Shown here one piece after another: positions 28,391 through 38,178 of a DNA stretch of 64,000 bases (positions are counted from its first letter, which is position 1; each line of letters starts with the position of its first letter). The notes under the pieces are model-generated. The model saw only the letters and a program-made list of their open reading frames with translations. It did no database searches and was not told the DNA's origin. Source of the stretch: an uncultured Syntrophaceae bacterium (GTDB lineage: Bacteria > Desulfobacterota > Syntrophia > Syntrophales > UBA2192); NCBI GenBank assembly GCA_964547985.1, contig CAZJPV010000001.1, positions 51,797-115,796 of the forward strand. The letters are read 5' to 3'. The position numbers and the translations under genes were made by a program.

Positions 28391-28858
28391 TTATTTTATA
28401 ATATCAAGAATTTCCTTTATGTCAGGAACCTGCTTGATTGGATAAACCTTCACGAAGAGGATTTTTCCCTTTTCATCCATGGCGATATTGCAGCGTTCCG
28501 AAAACCCGTTCTGCTCGCGGAAGACACCAAAGGATTTTGCCACTTCCCCGTGGGGCCAGAAATCGGCAAGGAGTCTTGTTTTTTTGATGCCGAGGCTTTC
28601 CGCCCAGGCCTTCTTGCAGGGGACACTGTCGATGCTCATCCCCACCGCCATGGCGTTTGATTTTTCAAATCGGTCAATGTTCTTCTCGAGTTCCTGCATC
28701 TGTGTCGCGCAGATCGACGTCCAGGCCAGGGGGTGGAAGGATAAAAGAATCTTCTTCCCCGCGAATTCGGAAAGGCGAAAAGACTGACCCATCTGATCAC
28801 TCAGGATAAAATCCTTTGCTTTCTCTCCAATCGCTACTACCTTTTGTTCCGCCATCAT
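28391..28858 (-). CDS. Peroxiredoxin (AhpC/TSA, AhpE-like)
   Basis: FHPLAWTSIC (PxxxTxxC), LLADFWPHGEVA, FSER. Confidence 0.9.
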   Translation of the reverse strand: MMAEQKVVAIGEKAKDFILSDQMGQSFRLSEFAGKKILLSFHPLAWTSICATQMQELEKNIDRFEKSNAMAVGMSIDSVPCKKAWAESLGIKKTRLLADFWPHGEVAKSFGVFREQNGFSERCNIAMDEKGKILFVKVYPIKQVPDIKEILDIIK

Positions 28859-28914
28859 CTCCCTCCTTTCTTTACACGGGCAGGTTCCAGCGGGAAACCC
28901 TCTCACCCCGACGT

Positions 28915-29439
28915 TTACCCGCCGTCCACCATCAGGCGCTCCCTCCTCCGGTACCAGGAATCCGGACTTACATAAAACTCCTCCGTGTCCTTGAGAGAAA
29001 GATAATGTTCCCGCTCGATCTTTGACAGGAGGTCAAAAAAGGACTTTTCACTCGTTTCCGTGGACGCATCGCGAAGCTTCGCGTAGTACTTCTCTCCCTT
29101 GGCTTCAAAATCCAGTGCAACGCGGATGGCCTTGAGATCATCATCCTCACCCGGCGGAGCCTTATCCACTTTTTTGACGACGTCTTTCAACACATCCCTG
29201 ACCACGGTCCCTTTGACCGTCAGAGGAAGAGATGCCGGCCACTTGCCCTGTTTCTGCCAGGCCTTGTGCAATGCCTTCAGCCGTTCGTAGTGTTCGAGTT
29301 CATCGTCGGCAATTTGTTTGAACATGGCCTTGCCGAGGGGATTCTTCGTTCGCTTGGCATTTTTCATGTAGAATTCCCGTTCGGTCATTTCATTTTTCAG
29401 GGCAATTTCAATGGCACTTAACCGTTCTTCCTTCTTCAT
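28915..29439 (-). CDS. Ferritin-like/rubrerythrin-domain di-iron protein
   Basis: E..FY, ADDELEH, EAKGEKYY, IEREH (two ExxH); C-terminus VDGG. Confidence 0.85.
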   Translation of the reverse strand: MKKEERLSAIEIALKNEMTEREFYMKNAKRTKNPLGKAMFKQIADDELEHYERLKALHKAWQKQGKWPASLPLTVKGTVVRDVLKDVVKKVDKAPPGEDDDLKAIRVALDFEAKGEKYYAKLRDASTETSEKSFFDLLSKIEREHYLSLKDTEEFYVSPDSWYRRRERLMVDGG

Positions 29440-29503
29440 CTGTCTTCTCCTTCCCGACGTTGTTGTATGAGAGTTTTTCTTCTCATGAAGGACTTATTTT
29501 TTT

Positions 29504-29512
29504 ATTATACCA
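29504..29512 (-). promoter_or_regulatory. Extended -10 promoter for ferritin-like/peroxiredoxin genes
   Basis: Reverse strand reads TGGTATAAT; an atgaga-N8-tctcat palindrome lies at 29467-29486. Confidence 0.6.
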
Positions 29513-29764
29513 GAACCGCAGGCCGTTCAAAAAGCGATTTGTGCGTTACCGCTGACGGGATTATTCCGCCGGGATTTGGAGGTGAAATGGACCTCTCAAA
29601 ACCGAACTTCCTTATTCCTTCCGGTTTCTTATAGACCGTCTTATGGTCATGGAGGCGCGTCGCGACTTTTAAAGCCGGCCTGAAATCCCCCTTGTCAAAT
29701 GACCCCCTGTCGTGTATGAATGCCCGTAAAAATGGCAAAACTGCGAGTTCCAAACACCCTCGCC

Positions 29765-30772
29765 ATGACCAGGAAAATGATTTACGCAACCGCTTTCGTC
29801 ATCCTTGGTGTGCTGGTTGTTCTACTCTACCCCATCCTGAAGATCAAGATGAGTTCCTCCGTCCATCCGCCACGCGAGGATGCCTTCACCGACGTCGAAG
29901 TCAAAAGGCTCTACGAACATGTGCAAAACTTGAGTGTCCGGATCGGGTCCAGAAACTTTTACGAGTATGACAGGCTGGCCCAGGCAGAAGATTACATCAA
30001 AGAGGTCCTGGAAAATATGGGGTTCGCATACAGCCTGCAGAGTTATGAATACAAGGGGAAAATCTTCAAAAATATCATTGTGACGCTTTCAGGCCAAGGC
30101 CATGACGATGGCTCGGTCATTATCGGCGCGCACTACGACACGGTGTTCGGTACGCCCGGTGCCGACGACAACGCAAGCGCCGTGGCCGTTCTTCTCGAGA
30201 TCTGTCGCCTCCTGCAGGATCACAAACCAATGAGGACGCTCCGGTTCGTTTTCTTCACGCTGGAGGAGCCGCCACTCTTTCGATCGAGGCATCAGGGAAG
30301 CTACATCTACGCCAGGCATTTGAAGGAAAAGAAAGAGGCGGTCCACGCCATGCTGTGCCTCGAGATGCTCGGGTATTTCAACAACAAGGATGGCGGTCAG
30401 GCCTATCCCGTGCCGGGCATGAACCTCCTATACCCCTCAACACCCGACTTCGTCAGCATCGTGGGGAATCTGCAATCGAGGGCGCTGGTTGAAAAAGTCA
30501 GGGATTCGATTAAAAGAGGATCGACGATTCACGTGGAGGGGATCGCAACACTCCCCTATGTGCCCGGTGTGGATTTCTCGGACCACCGGTCCTTCTGGAA
30601 GATGGGCTATCCAGCCGTCATGATTACCGATACGGCCTTTTACCGGAACCCGAACTACCACACGGAAAATGACACCATCGACACCCTCAATTTCGTGAAG
30701 ATGGCCAGCTTGCTCAAGGGGCTGGTTCAGGTATCCGTGGATCTTGCGGGTACCGAGCCTGCCGAGCCGTAA
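29765..30772 (+). CDS. M28 family peptidase, membrane-anchored
   Basis: GAHYDT, PGADDNASAVA, FTLEEPP, LEMLG, SDHRSF, YHTENDT. Confidence 0.9.
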   Translation: MTRKMIYATAFVILGVLVVLLYPILKIKMSSSVHPPREDAFTDVEVKRLYEHVQNLSVRIGSRNFYEYDRLAQAEDYIKEVLENMGFAYSLQSYEYKGKIFKNIIVTLSGQGHDDGSVIIGAHYDTVFGTPGADDNASAVAVLLEICRLLQDHKPMRTLRFVFFTLEEPPLFRSRHQGSYIYARHLKEKKEAVHAMLCLEMLGYFNNKDGGQAYPVPGMNLLYPSTPDFVSIVGNLQSRALVEKVRDSIKRGSTIHVEGIATLPYVPGVDFSDHRSFWKMGYPAVMITDTAFYRNPNYHTENDTIDTLNFVKMASLLKGLVQVSVDLAGTEPAEP

Positions 30773-30774
30773 GA

Positions 30775-31242
30775 TCAGCCGCCCGCCAGCTGGGGGAAGG
30801 CGGTATTGACATAGAGATACTCAACCTTTTCCTTGTGCTTGAGTTCTTCGTTCGCCATTCTGAGCAGCAGCTCTTTGACCTCGCCGGCGGGATGTAAGTT
30901 TGCGAGACCCTTGTAAAAGTCATGGGAGTGCTGTTCGCGGAAGGCGGCCACCAGGTAGATATCCTTCGTTTTCATGTCTTTTTTCGGATCGGGGGCTTCC
31001 AGGTGCTGGACGACCTTATAGTCCAAGGGCTCGCTCATGGCCAATCCCCCTGTATAACACCCGCCCTGGCGGAAATTTTCGAGGAATTCCTTGTGTTTTT
31101 TCTCTTCCCGGGCGAGGAAGCGTAAGGTGTCTTTCGCCTCCTTGTCCTCGACGATACCGGCGAGATCCATGTAAAAAGCGAAGGCTTCTTCCTCTTGCTT
31201 GATCGCAACCTCTACAGCCTCGACAAGTTTTTCACATCCCAT
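30775..31242 (-). CDS. Ferritin-like/rubrerythrin-domain di-iron protein
   Basis: EEEAFAFY, EEKKH, EQHSHDFY, EELKH; C-terminus TAFPQLAGG. Confidence 0.85.
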   Translation of the reverse strand: MGCEKLVEAVEVAIKQEEEAFAFYMDLAGIVEDKEAKDTLRFLAREEKKHKEFLENFRQGGCYTGGLAMSEPLDYKVVQHLEAPDPKKDMKTKDIYLVAAFREQHSHDFYKGLANLHPAGEVKELLLRMANEELKHKEKVEYLYVNTAFPQLAGG

Positions 31243-31368
31243 ACCATCGCCTCCCCAACGGGTCATTTTCGCATAAATTAATCCGCTTCCCTTCAAAGGT
31301 CAACCTAAAAAAGGTAAAAAAAAGAAGTCTGGACGGACAAGGAAGGCCATCATCGGGGGGAGGGGACA

Positions 31369-33096
31369 TCAGGTGATCGCGGTTGTCGCCATGTCCTTCA
31401 TCTTGAGTTGGATGGACGAGGCCCCGTTCCAATAATTGATCTGGGGTGTGAAAGCAATGTCCATCGAAGCGCCGCTCAGCGCCTCGATGATGTGACCCTT
31501 GTTGAACCAGATGGAATTGCAGGACACACCATTTCCGAACACCCTCATCCGGAGGTGCTTGTTGCCCACGATGGAGGGGGAGGAGATTTGCACATTCCGG
31601 ACACAGATGACCGGTTCGGGATTCATGTGTCCGAAGGGGGCCAATCCCTCCAGCTGGGAAAGAAAACTATGATTGACCTCACTTAAAGAACAGAGGGCGT
31701 CGATCACGGTCTGCGGTGTAAGACCGACAACGGGCACCTCTTTCCTGGTGATCTCATTGAGAAGAGCCGTAAATGGTTCGATATTCTCTTCGCGAATCGA
31801 TATTCCGGCTGCGTAACGGTGACCTCCAAAGGACAGAAGCAGGGATTCACACTGTTTCAGCCCCCGGTACAGGTTGAACTCGGCGATGCTTCTTCCTGAT
31901 CCCTTGCCGATGCCGTTCCTGAGGCTGATGAGGATCGTCGGCCTGTAAAAACGATCCACGACACGGGAGGCCACGATGCCAATCACGCCCGGATGCCAGT
32001 CGGGGGAGGACAGGACCAGGGCACCCCTGTCTTGAAGGTCTCGGACCGAGTCGATCCGATCGAAAATATCGTCGAAGATGATCTTTTCCAGCCTTTGACG
32101 TTCGCGGTTATGCGATTCAAGCCGGGCAGCGATTTCAGAGGCCTCGGCGGCGTCCTGGCTCAGAAGTAGCCTCACGGCGTCTTCGGGCGACCCGATACGG
32201 CCGGCAGCATTGATACGGGGGATGAGCGAGAAAGAAGCCACACCGGCATCGATCACACTGCTCCCAAGTCCGGCCAACTCCCTCAAGGCTTTGATGCCCA
32301 CCCTCTGATTCTCATTGATCAGGTCAAGCCCGATTTTGGTCAATATTCTGTTTTCATCGATGAGGGGCACAATGTCACCGATGGTTCCCAGCGCCACGAG
32401 GTCAAGATATTCCCTGAGGTTGGGATAGGGCCGGTGGCTCCAGAACCCTCCCTGACGGAGACTTCCCCTGAGGGCGATCAAGAAGTTGAAGACGATGCCC
32501 ACGCCGGCGAGCTGCTTGAAAGGAAAGGGACAATCGTTCCGGTTGGGGTTCACCACCGCCACAGCATCAGGCATCTCGTCGGGTACCTCATGATGATCGA
32601 GGATCACGCAATCGATGCCGAGCGATCGGGCATAGGTCACCTCGTCATAATCCGAGGTGCCGCAATCCACCGTAATGATCAGCGTGACACCCTCTCGATG
32701 CAGTTTATCGATGGCTTCCCGGTTGAGGCCATATCCCTCATCGACCCGATCGGGGATGTAGTGAAGGGTTTTATCGTGAATCTGACTCAGGAACCTGAAA
32801 AGGATCGCCACGGAGGTGATCCCGTCGATATCATAGTCGCCGAAAACGGCCACTTTTTCTTCTCCGAGGATCGATCGGATAACCCGATCAACGCCTGTTT
32901 TCATGTCCTTCATCAGGAAGGGATTGTGAAGGTCTTTGAGGGAAGGGTGGAGATAACGCCGGGCCTCATCCGAGTTTCGGATGTCACGGTTGATCAGGAT
33001 CTGTGCGATAACGGGATGAATTCCGAGCTCCTCGACAAGACGGTCTCTGATTTCCTCCCTGGGCTCGTGTATCCGCCAGCGGGTTGTGGGTATCAT
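31369..33096 (-). CDS. recJ: ssDNA-specific exonuclease RecJ
   Basis: GDYDIDG, TVDCG, LDHH, PRINAAGR, GSGRS, GGHRYAAG. Confidence 0.96.
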   Translation of the reverse strand: MIPTTRWRIHEPREEIRDRLVEELGIHPVIAQILINRDIRNSDEARRYLHPSLKDLHNPFLMKDMKTGVDRVIRSILGEEKVAVFGDYDIDGITSVAILFRFLSQIHDKTLHYIPDRVDEGYGLNREAIDKLHREGVTLIITVDCGTSDYDEVTYARSLGIDCVILDHHEVPDEMPDAVAVVNPNRNDCPFPFKQLAGVGIVFNFLIALRGSLRQGGFWSHRPYPNLREYLDLVALGTIGDIVPLIDENRILTKIGLDLINENQRVGIKALRELAGLGSSVIDAGVASFSLIPRINAAGRIGSPEDAVRLLLSQDAAEASEIAARLESHNRERQRLEKIIFDDIFDRIDSVRDLQDRGALVLSSPDWHPGVIGIVASRVVDRFYRPTILISLRNGIGKGSGRSIAEFNLYRGLKQCESLLLSFGGHRYAAGISIREENIEPFTALLNEITRKEVPVVGLTPQTVIDALCSLSEVNHSFLSQLEGLAPFGHMNPEPVICVRNVQISSPSIVGNKHLRMRVFGNGVSCNSIWFNKGHIIEALSGASMDIAFTPQINYWNGASSIQLKMKDMATTAIT

Positions 33097-33271
33097 GGAA
33101 GACTTCCGGATCTTCAGTTCGTTCGCGTGCGAAAGAATGCATCTTGCAGGTCATTGCGAAACCGAGCGTCATTCTATCAGCCAAGAACATCCTGTCAAGA
33201 GGATTTCCTTTCTCCTTGATCTTTCCCCCCCTCGATGTTAGTCAGAAACCGGTCCTGGAAGGATGCGTGTC

Positions 33272-33589
33272 ATGCATAGAGTTGTGATGAAATACCTATG
33301 TGTGAAACCGGAAGAAATCGCCTACTTCCAGTTTCTGCTCGAAGGCTACGAAGGCATCGGCACCCTCACGACCCTGGAACCGGAAATAGGCATGGTCCGG
33401 TTCTCAATCCCCGACGGGTGTCTGGCCGATGCGGAGGAAGTCCTGCGCCTGGTCGGGCAGGAAATAGCCGTGAAAGAAGTACCACTCGATTTCGTCATCG
33501 CGCAGGGCAAGAGGCGCAGGGATGATCAATCTGAGACGGGATGGTTCACGAAATATTTCAGGGGGCACGGCGGCACTCCGAGAAAATGA
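33272..33589 (+). CDS. DUF4911-like protein
   Basis: EIAYFQFLLEGYEGIGTLTTL pattern typical of this family. Confidence 0.7.
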   Translation: MHRVVMKYLCVKPEEIAYFQFLLEGYEGIGTLTTLEPEIGMVRFSIPDGCLADAEEVLRLVGQEIAVKEVPLDFVIAQGKRRRDDQSETGWFTKYFRGHGGTPRK

Positions 33590-33638
33590 CGATCCGGCCG
33601 AACGGATCAATCGATGTCGGATTCGGTGAAAAGCGTTT

Positions 33639-34424
33639 ATGCTTCTCCACACCCACACGTGGATTCTCCGTGAATTCATGCGAGGATATGCCGGCGGCGA
33701 CAGGGACCTCGACATGTTTATCTACAATGTCATCCCGGACATTCTTCCCATTCACGAGTCCATCACATCCCAGATGACCCACAGGATCTCGAGATTTCGG
33801 GTCACACCCGCGGAGTTTAAGAAAGCCGTTTTCACGCAGTTTCACCTCATGGTCGATGACGTGGCTCACTATGGGAACATCACCGCAAATGGATCTGACG
33901 AGTTTCATTCCAATGCGGGGGGGTATGCCTATGAAAAGGGAAGGGTCCTCCTCCCGCGGATTATGGATTTTCATCGACAGATTGGAAAGACAATCAGCCT
34001 GGATTCGGCCATCTATCGTTCCCACATGATCATCGAAATGGCCTTCGATCTTTTGCTGTTCGAGCGGGAGGGGAGCCTTTTAGGTCTCTTCACGGAAGCG
34101 CTCGATGACAGCATGAGGCACAAGAGGGCTGAGATGATCTCGACCCTTCAATGGCTCCTGGATATCCCCGCGAAGCTTCTTGAGGCCGCCATGGCTGAGG
34201 GTTTCGCGGCCTACGGGGGGGACCGGATCTACCGGACCATGAGCCTGGAGGGACGCACCCGTCTCTACATCGAAAAATTCGAATACGACTTGGAAGACGG
34301 AAAAGTCCGGAGGGGGGTGGAGAATTTGGTCAGCCGGGGGATGGAACTTTCTGAGGATTATGAAACTTTTCTGGCTCACACGCTGAAGGTCATCAAGGAT
34401 GCGGGCTTCCTGCCCGCACTATAG
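33639..34424 (+). CDS. Hypothetical protein, Zn-dependent phospholipase C/P1-nuclease-like fold
   Basis: N-terminal [25 protein letters not shown] metal-ligand spacing. Confidence 0.6.
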   Translation: MLLHTHTWILREFMRGYAGGDRDLDMFIYNVIPDILPIHESITSQMTHRISRFRVTPAEFKKAVFTQFHLMVDDVAHYGNITANGSDEFHSNAGGYAYEKGRVLLPRIMDFHRQIGKTISLDSAIYRSHMIIEMAFDLLLFEREGSLLGLFTEALDDSMRHKRAEMISTLQWLLDIPAKLLEAAMAEGFAAYGGDRIYRTMSLEGRTRLYIEKFEYDLEDGKVRRGVENLVSRGMELSEDYETFLAHTLKVIKDAGFLPAL

Positions 34425-34616
34425 GGCCTTTTTCACAGCCCCCGATCGCAGGCACCGGGTGCAGACTTTTTTCCTCTTTACCGATCCCGTCTTTTCGTCG
34501 ACGACCTGTATTTTCTGAAGGTTCGGATACCAGATTCGCTTTGTCTTGTTGTTGGCGTGGCTTACATTATGACCCACAACGGGGCCCTTCCCACAGACAT
34601 CACAGACTCGTGCCAT
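34419..34616 (-). CDS. rpmB: 50S ribosomal protein L28 (Zn-binding form)
   Basis: [31 protein letters not shown]. Confidence 0.97.
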   Translation of the reverse strand: MARVCDVCGKGPVVGHNVSHANNKTKRIWYPNLQKIQVVDEKTGSVKRKKVCTRCLRSGAVKKAL

Positions 34617-34682
34617 GGTCAACTCCTCGTGTAGATTAGAGGTGCTTATCTAAAGCATTCAGGGGAAATTTGCAAGTGTTTT

Positions 34683-35993
34683 TTAGCCCTTCATGGAAAA
34701 GGGCTGTCCCGTCGATTCCAAGACCTGCATCCACATGTTCCCGCTCGGATCGATCGTTTTTCTCTGTGAGGACACAGCTTTGAAAGGCAGGTGGACGAAC
34801 TCATCGTTGACCAGACCCACTAGCATGCCTGTTTTGCCGGCCATACCGGCGTGGACGGCATATTGACCGAGCACGCCGCACAGGATACTGTCGCTCGCGT
34901 TGGCGGGCACGCTTCGTATCATGTAGCTCGGATCGATGTACTTGAGATTCACCTCAACGCCGATTTTTTTGAAGTGCAGCTCGATCCGCTCTCTCAGGAA
35001 AAGCCCGATGTCCCGAAGCTTCAAATTTCCCGAGGCGTCTTTCCCGGGGGGGAAGGCGCTGGGCGGGATGAGATCCTGACCGGCCCCTTCAGCAACGATG
35101 ATGACCGCGTGCTTACGGCTGAGAAGTCGCTTCTCCAGGCATTTCAAAAAACCCTTTTCCCCCTCCAGGTCGAAGGGAATTTCCGGGATCAGGACAAAAT
35201 TGGCATCCCCCTGGGCCAGGGCGGCGCTGGCCGCAATGTGGCCGGACTGGCGTCCCATAAGCTTGACCAGCCCGATACCCATGGGGGCCCCTTTGGCTTC
35301 TACATGGGCGCACTGAATGATCTTTACGGCCTCGGAAATGGCCGTGTCAAAGCCGAAGCTCTTCTGGATAAGAACGAGATCGTTGTCGATGGTTTTAGGA
35401 ATCCCGATGACGCTGATTTTTAGATTCCGCTTCGTGACCTCCCGGGTGATCAACTCGGCCGCGCTCATCGTCCCGTCACCGCCGATCATGAAAAAAACGT
35501 TGATATTCATCCGCTCCAGGGCATCGACCATCTCGCCGATCTTCTGATCGCCTCGGGAAGAGGCCAGGATACTTCCCCCGAGGTCCTGTATCTCCTTCAC
35601 CATCTCGAAGGTCAGCTCCATCATTTCGTGGCCGTATCTGGGGATGAGACCCTGGAAGCCGTATCGGATCCCGATGATATTCTGGACCCCATAGCGAAAA
35701 TGGAGCTCCATGACGATGGCGCGGATCACATCGTTGATCCCGGGGCAGAGACCGCCGCAGGAAGCGATGGCCGCTTTGACCTTGGGCGGGTCGAAATAGA
35801 TCGTCTCGCGGGGGCCGGCAACCTCCATGGAAATCGGAACGTCCCTGGATTTCACACGAGTGCCCTGGCGTTTGAGATAAATGTCGTAGATGATCCGTTC
35901 GTCATCCGCCTTGAAATAACCCACCATGAGAGGTGATGGAATTTTTCGTTCTCCGAGATCCTGGATTTTGAAATCCTGCATCTGTCTCTTCAT
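34683..35993 (-). CDS. pfk: ATP-dependent 6-phosphofructokinase (group X type)
   Basis: CGGLCPG, SSRG, GGDGT, PKTIDND, LMGR, YIDPSY. Confidence 0.93.
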   Translation of the reverse strand: MKRQMQDFKIQDLGERKIPSPLMVGYFKADDERIIYDIYLKRQGTRVKSRDVPISMEVAGPRETIYFDPPKVKAAIASCGGLCPGINDVIRAIVMELHFRYGVQNIIGIRYGFQGLIPRYGHEMMELTFEMVKEIQDLGGSILASSRGDQKIGEMVDALERMNINVFFMIGGDGTMSAAELITREVTKRNLKISVIGIPKTIDNDLVLIQKSFGFDTAISEAVKIIQCAHVEAKGAPMGIGLVKLMGRQSGHIAASAALAQGDANFVLIPEIPFDLEGEKGFLKCLEKRLLSRKHAVIIVAEGAGQDLIPPSAFPPGKDASGNLKLRDIGLFLRERIELHFKKIGVEVNLKYIDPSYMIRSVPANASDSILCGVLGQYAVHAGMAGKTGMLVGLVNDEFVHLPFKAVSSQRKTIDPSGNMWMQVLESTGQPFSMKG

Positions 35994-37444
35994 GCGTCTA
36001 GACCTCCCGTGGCAAGACGCCCTGCCTGAATTCCGGAGAGGATTTCCCCCTCGAAGCCAAGACCGGGTAGAATGAATCCGCCGGTCATGAAGACGTTTTT
36101 GAGGGGCGTCCTCCCGGTCATCTTGAAGATACCAAGATCGGGCATTTTTTTAAACCGGTATTTTGGATTCACAACCGGGGTGCGGAGTCGGCACAGGCGA
36201 ATGGAGTCTTGAAGGCTCATGACATTGATGTTTTCTTCCAGAAAGGGGAGAAAGCCCCTGAGTCTTTCCAAAATGGTTTGCGAGACACCCTCCAGAACGT
36301 TGTCATCCAGCTCCGTGGCGAGCCGGTCAAGAAAAACCGTTGCCGAAAGAGAGCGCTTGCCGGACGGGGCCAGTTCCGTGTCGCCCGTGGCGCTTGTCTC
36401 GAGAAAGACTAGACGCCCGTGCAGGGAACTCTGGCCGTCCGGAATCACGACGACGTACTCCGACATCCTTTCGGGTATACCCTTTTCATCGATCCCGAGA
36501 TGGATCGTAAAAGGATACAGAGTTCCCTCCAGGCGTTCAAGGGTCTCTTTGAACCTGCGAAATCTCCGTTCCCGAAAAATCATCGACCTCAATCCCGGCC
36601 ACTTCGTACTCACCAGAAGCTGCCTTCCAATTATCGTCGTATCCTGTCCGCCCCGTCGAATCTTCATCTCCACTTTCGTGCCCGGTTGGATATCCGAAAC
36701 GGCGCCTCCCTCGATGAGATCCCCCCTGAGGGATTCGAATCTTTCATCCAGGCATTGTAAAAAAAGATGCTTTCCCCCTTGAAAGTAATAGGTCCCCATC
36801 AGGGGAAGAATCAAAAGCCTGGCCGTGACGAGCGGCACGCGCTCCCCGATCTGCAGATTCGACAACACGAAACATCCCGCCTCGAGGAGATTCCTCGGCA
36901 ATGAATTTTTCGGTAAAGTTCTCGAAAATCTTGAGGAAAAAAGGATTTCCCGTGTCACCATGGCCTCCACCCTGGCCATCCGGTTTTTCATCGAATCCTG
37001 GAGGGACTGAAGGGATAGAGAAGCAAAGCCTGTTAGATGCTGATCCAGGAACAGATTGTCTTTGAGTGCCTTTCGATAGAGACGCTCGATACCCTCCTTT
37101 TCTTCCGGAAACTCCCGGACAAGGTCCTGCAGGAGTTCCTCTCTTTCCAGGAAGAGATCCAGCCGGTGACGCGGATGGATGATCTGCAAAGACGGGTTCA
37201 GGGGAGCAACCCTTGATAATACGGAGGAGGGGGTATTCCATTCCCTGAGAAGTCTGCCAAGGAACTGCGTATCACCGAAGCCGGACCAGGGAAAAGGATC
37301 GACGTTAAAGGTGTAGTTTCCCATTCTGAAGCACTCGAGGGGTGCCCCCTCTCTCACCAGGGCCGTTTTCAGGCCCTGTCGGGCGGAGATGACGGCTGCG
37401 AGCAACGAACTGATGTCCTGTCCTATGACGATGGTGTCGTACAT
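35990..37444 (-). CDS. Phytoene desaturase-like FAD oxidoreductase fold, degenerate
   Basis: YDTIVIG N-terminus, YFQGG, RTPLKNVFMTG..PGLGFEG..SG C-terminus; GxGxxG replaced by GQDISS. Confidence 0.7.
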   Translation of the reverse strand: MYDTIVIGQDISSLLAAVISARQGLKTALVREGAPLECFRMGNYTFNVDPFPWSGFGDTQFLGRLLREWNTPSSVLSRVAPLNPSLQIIHPRHRLDLFLEREELLQDLVREFPEEKEGIERLYRKALKDNLFLDQHLTGFASLSLQSLQDSMKNRMARVEAMVTREILFSSRFSRTLPKNSLPRNLLEAGCFVLSNLQIGERVPLVTARLLILPLMGTYYFQGGKHLFLQCLDERFESLRGDLIEGGAVSDIQPGTKVEMKIRRGGQDTTIIGRQLLVSTKWPGLRSMIFRERRFRRFKETLERLEGTLYPFTIHLGIDEKGIPERMSEYVVVIPDGQSSLHGRLVFLETSATGDTELAPSGKRSLSATVFLDRLATELDDNVLEGVSQTILERLRGFLPFLEENINVMSLQDSIRLCRLRTPVVNPKYRFKKMPDLGIFKMTGRTPLKNVFMTGGFILPGLGFEGEILSGIQAGRLATGGLDA

Positions 37445-37508
37445 GCCATACCCACTTTGTGTTCGACCGGTGTCGGGGTTGTGACCTTGGGGTTCACGAA
37501 TCGTGCAT

Positions 37509-38174
37509 CTAAAAATTAACGAGGGGGGGGTTGTGGAGAGGATGGGGATCGGTCTGCTTGTGACCTTTCACGCGGACCTTCCGCCCGACGACTTCCAGCT
37601 TTTCTTCCGCGTAGAGCTGAATGGCCTTGGGATAGATCCGATGTTCCTCTTTCAGGATTCTCTGTGCCAGAATCTCATCGGTGTCCTGATCATAGACCGG
37701 CACAATGGCCTGGATGATGATGGGCCCCGTGTCGACGCCTTCATCGGCAAAATGAACCGTACAGCCGGAGAACTTGACCCCGTAATCGAACGCCTTTTTC
37801 TGTGCATGCATGCCCGGGAAAGACGGAAGAATGGCCGGGTGAATGTTCATGATCCTCATGGGAAAGGCGTTAAGAAATAAAGGCGAGAGGATCCGCATGA
37901 AACCGGCCATGATGACAAGTTCGACGCCGCTCACATTGAGCACCTCGATCATCTTGCGGTCGAAACTCTCCCGGGTATTGAAATCCCGGTGCTCCATAAC
38001 GGTATAGGGAATGCCGTGTTTTCTTGCCCTGACCAGGGCATAGGCCTCGGGATTGTTGCTGATCATCATCCGGATTTCCGCATCGAGAAGGCCTTTTTCG
38101 ATGTGATCGATAATGGATTGAAGATTCGACCCGCTTCCCGATACGAGGACACCCAGTCTCACCCTGCGCTTCAT
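37509..38174 (-). CDS. purN: Phosphoribosylglycinamide formyltransferase
   Basis: SGSGSNLQ, AGFMRIL, NIHP, GCTVHF, DTGPII. Confidence 0.97.
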   Translation of the reverse strand: MKRRVRLGVLVSGSGSNLQSIIDHIEKGLLDAEIRMMISNNPEAYALVRARKHGIPYTVMEHRDFNTRESFDRKMIEVLNVSGVELVIMAGFMRILSPLFLNAFPMRIMNIHPAILPSFPGMHAQKKAFDYGVKFSGCTVHFADEGVDTGPIIIQAIVPVYDQDTDEILAQRILKEEHRIYPKAIQLYAEEKLEVVGRKVRVKGHKQTDPHPLHNPPLVNF

Positions 38175-38178
38175 AGGC

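Noticed and set aside
29587-29634. 15-aa sORF MDLSKPNFLIPSGFL after GGAGGTG
   Set aside because: Short SD spacing, no codon bias suggesting a leader and no linked terminator; cannot be supported.
30775-30777. Selenocysteine read-through at the TGA after GG in the ferritin-like gene
   Set aside because: Runs directly into the convergent M28 gene, with no Cys-homologous context or convincing SECIS. The peroxiredoxin uses a normal Cys codon.
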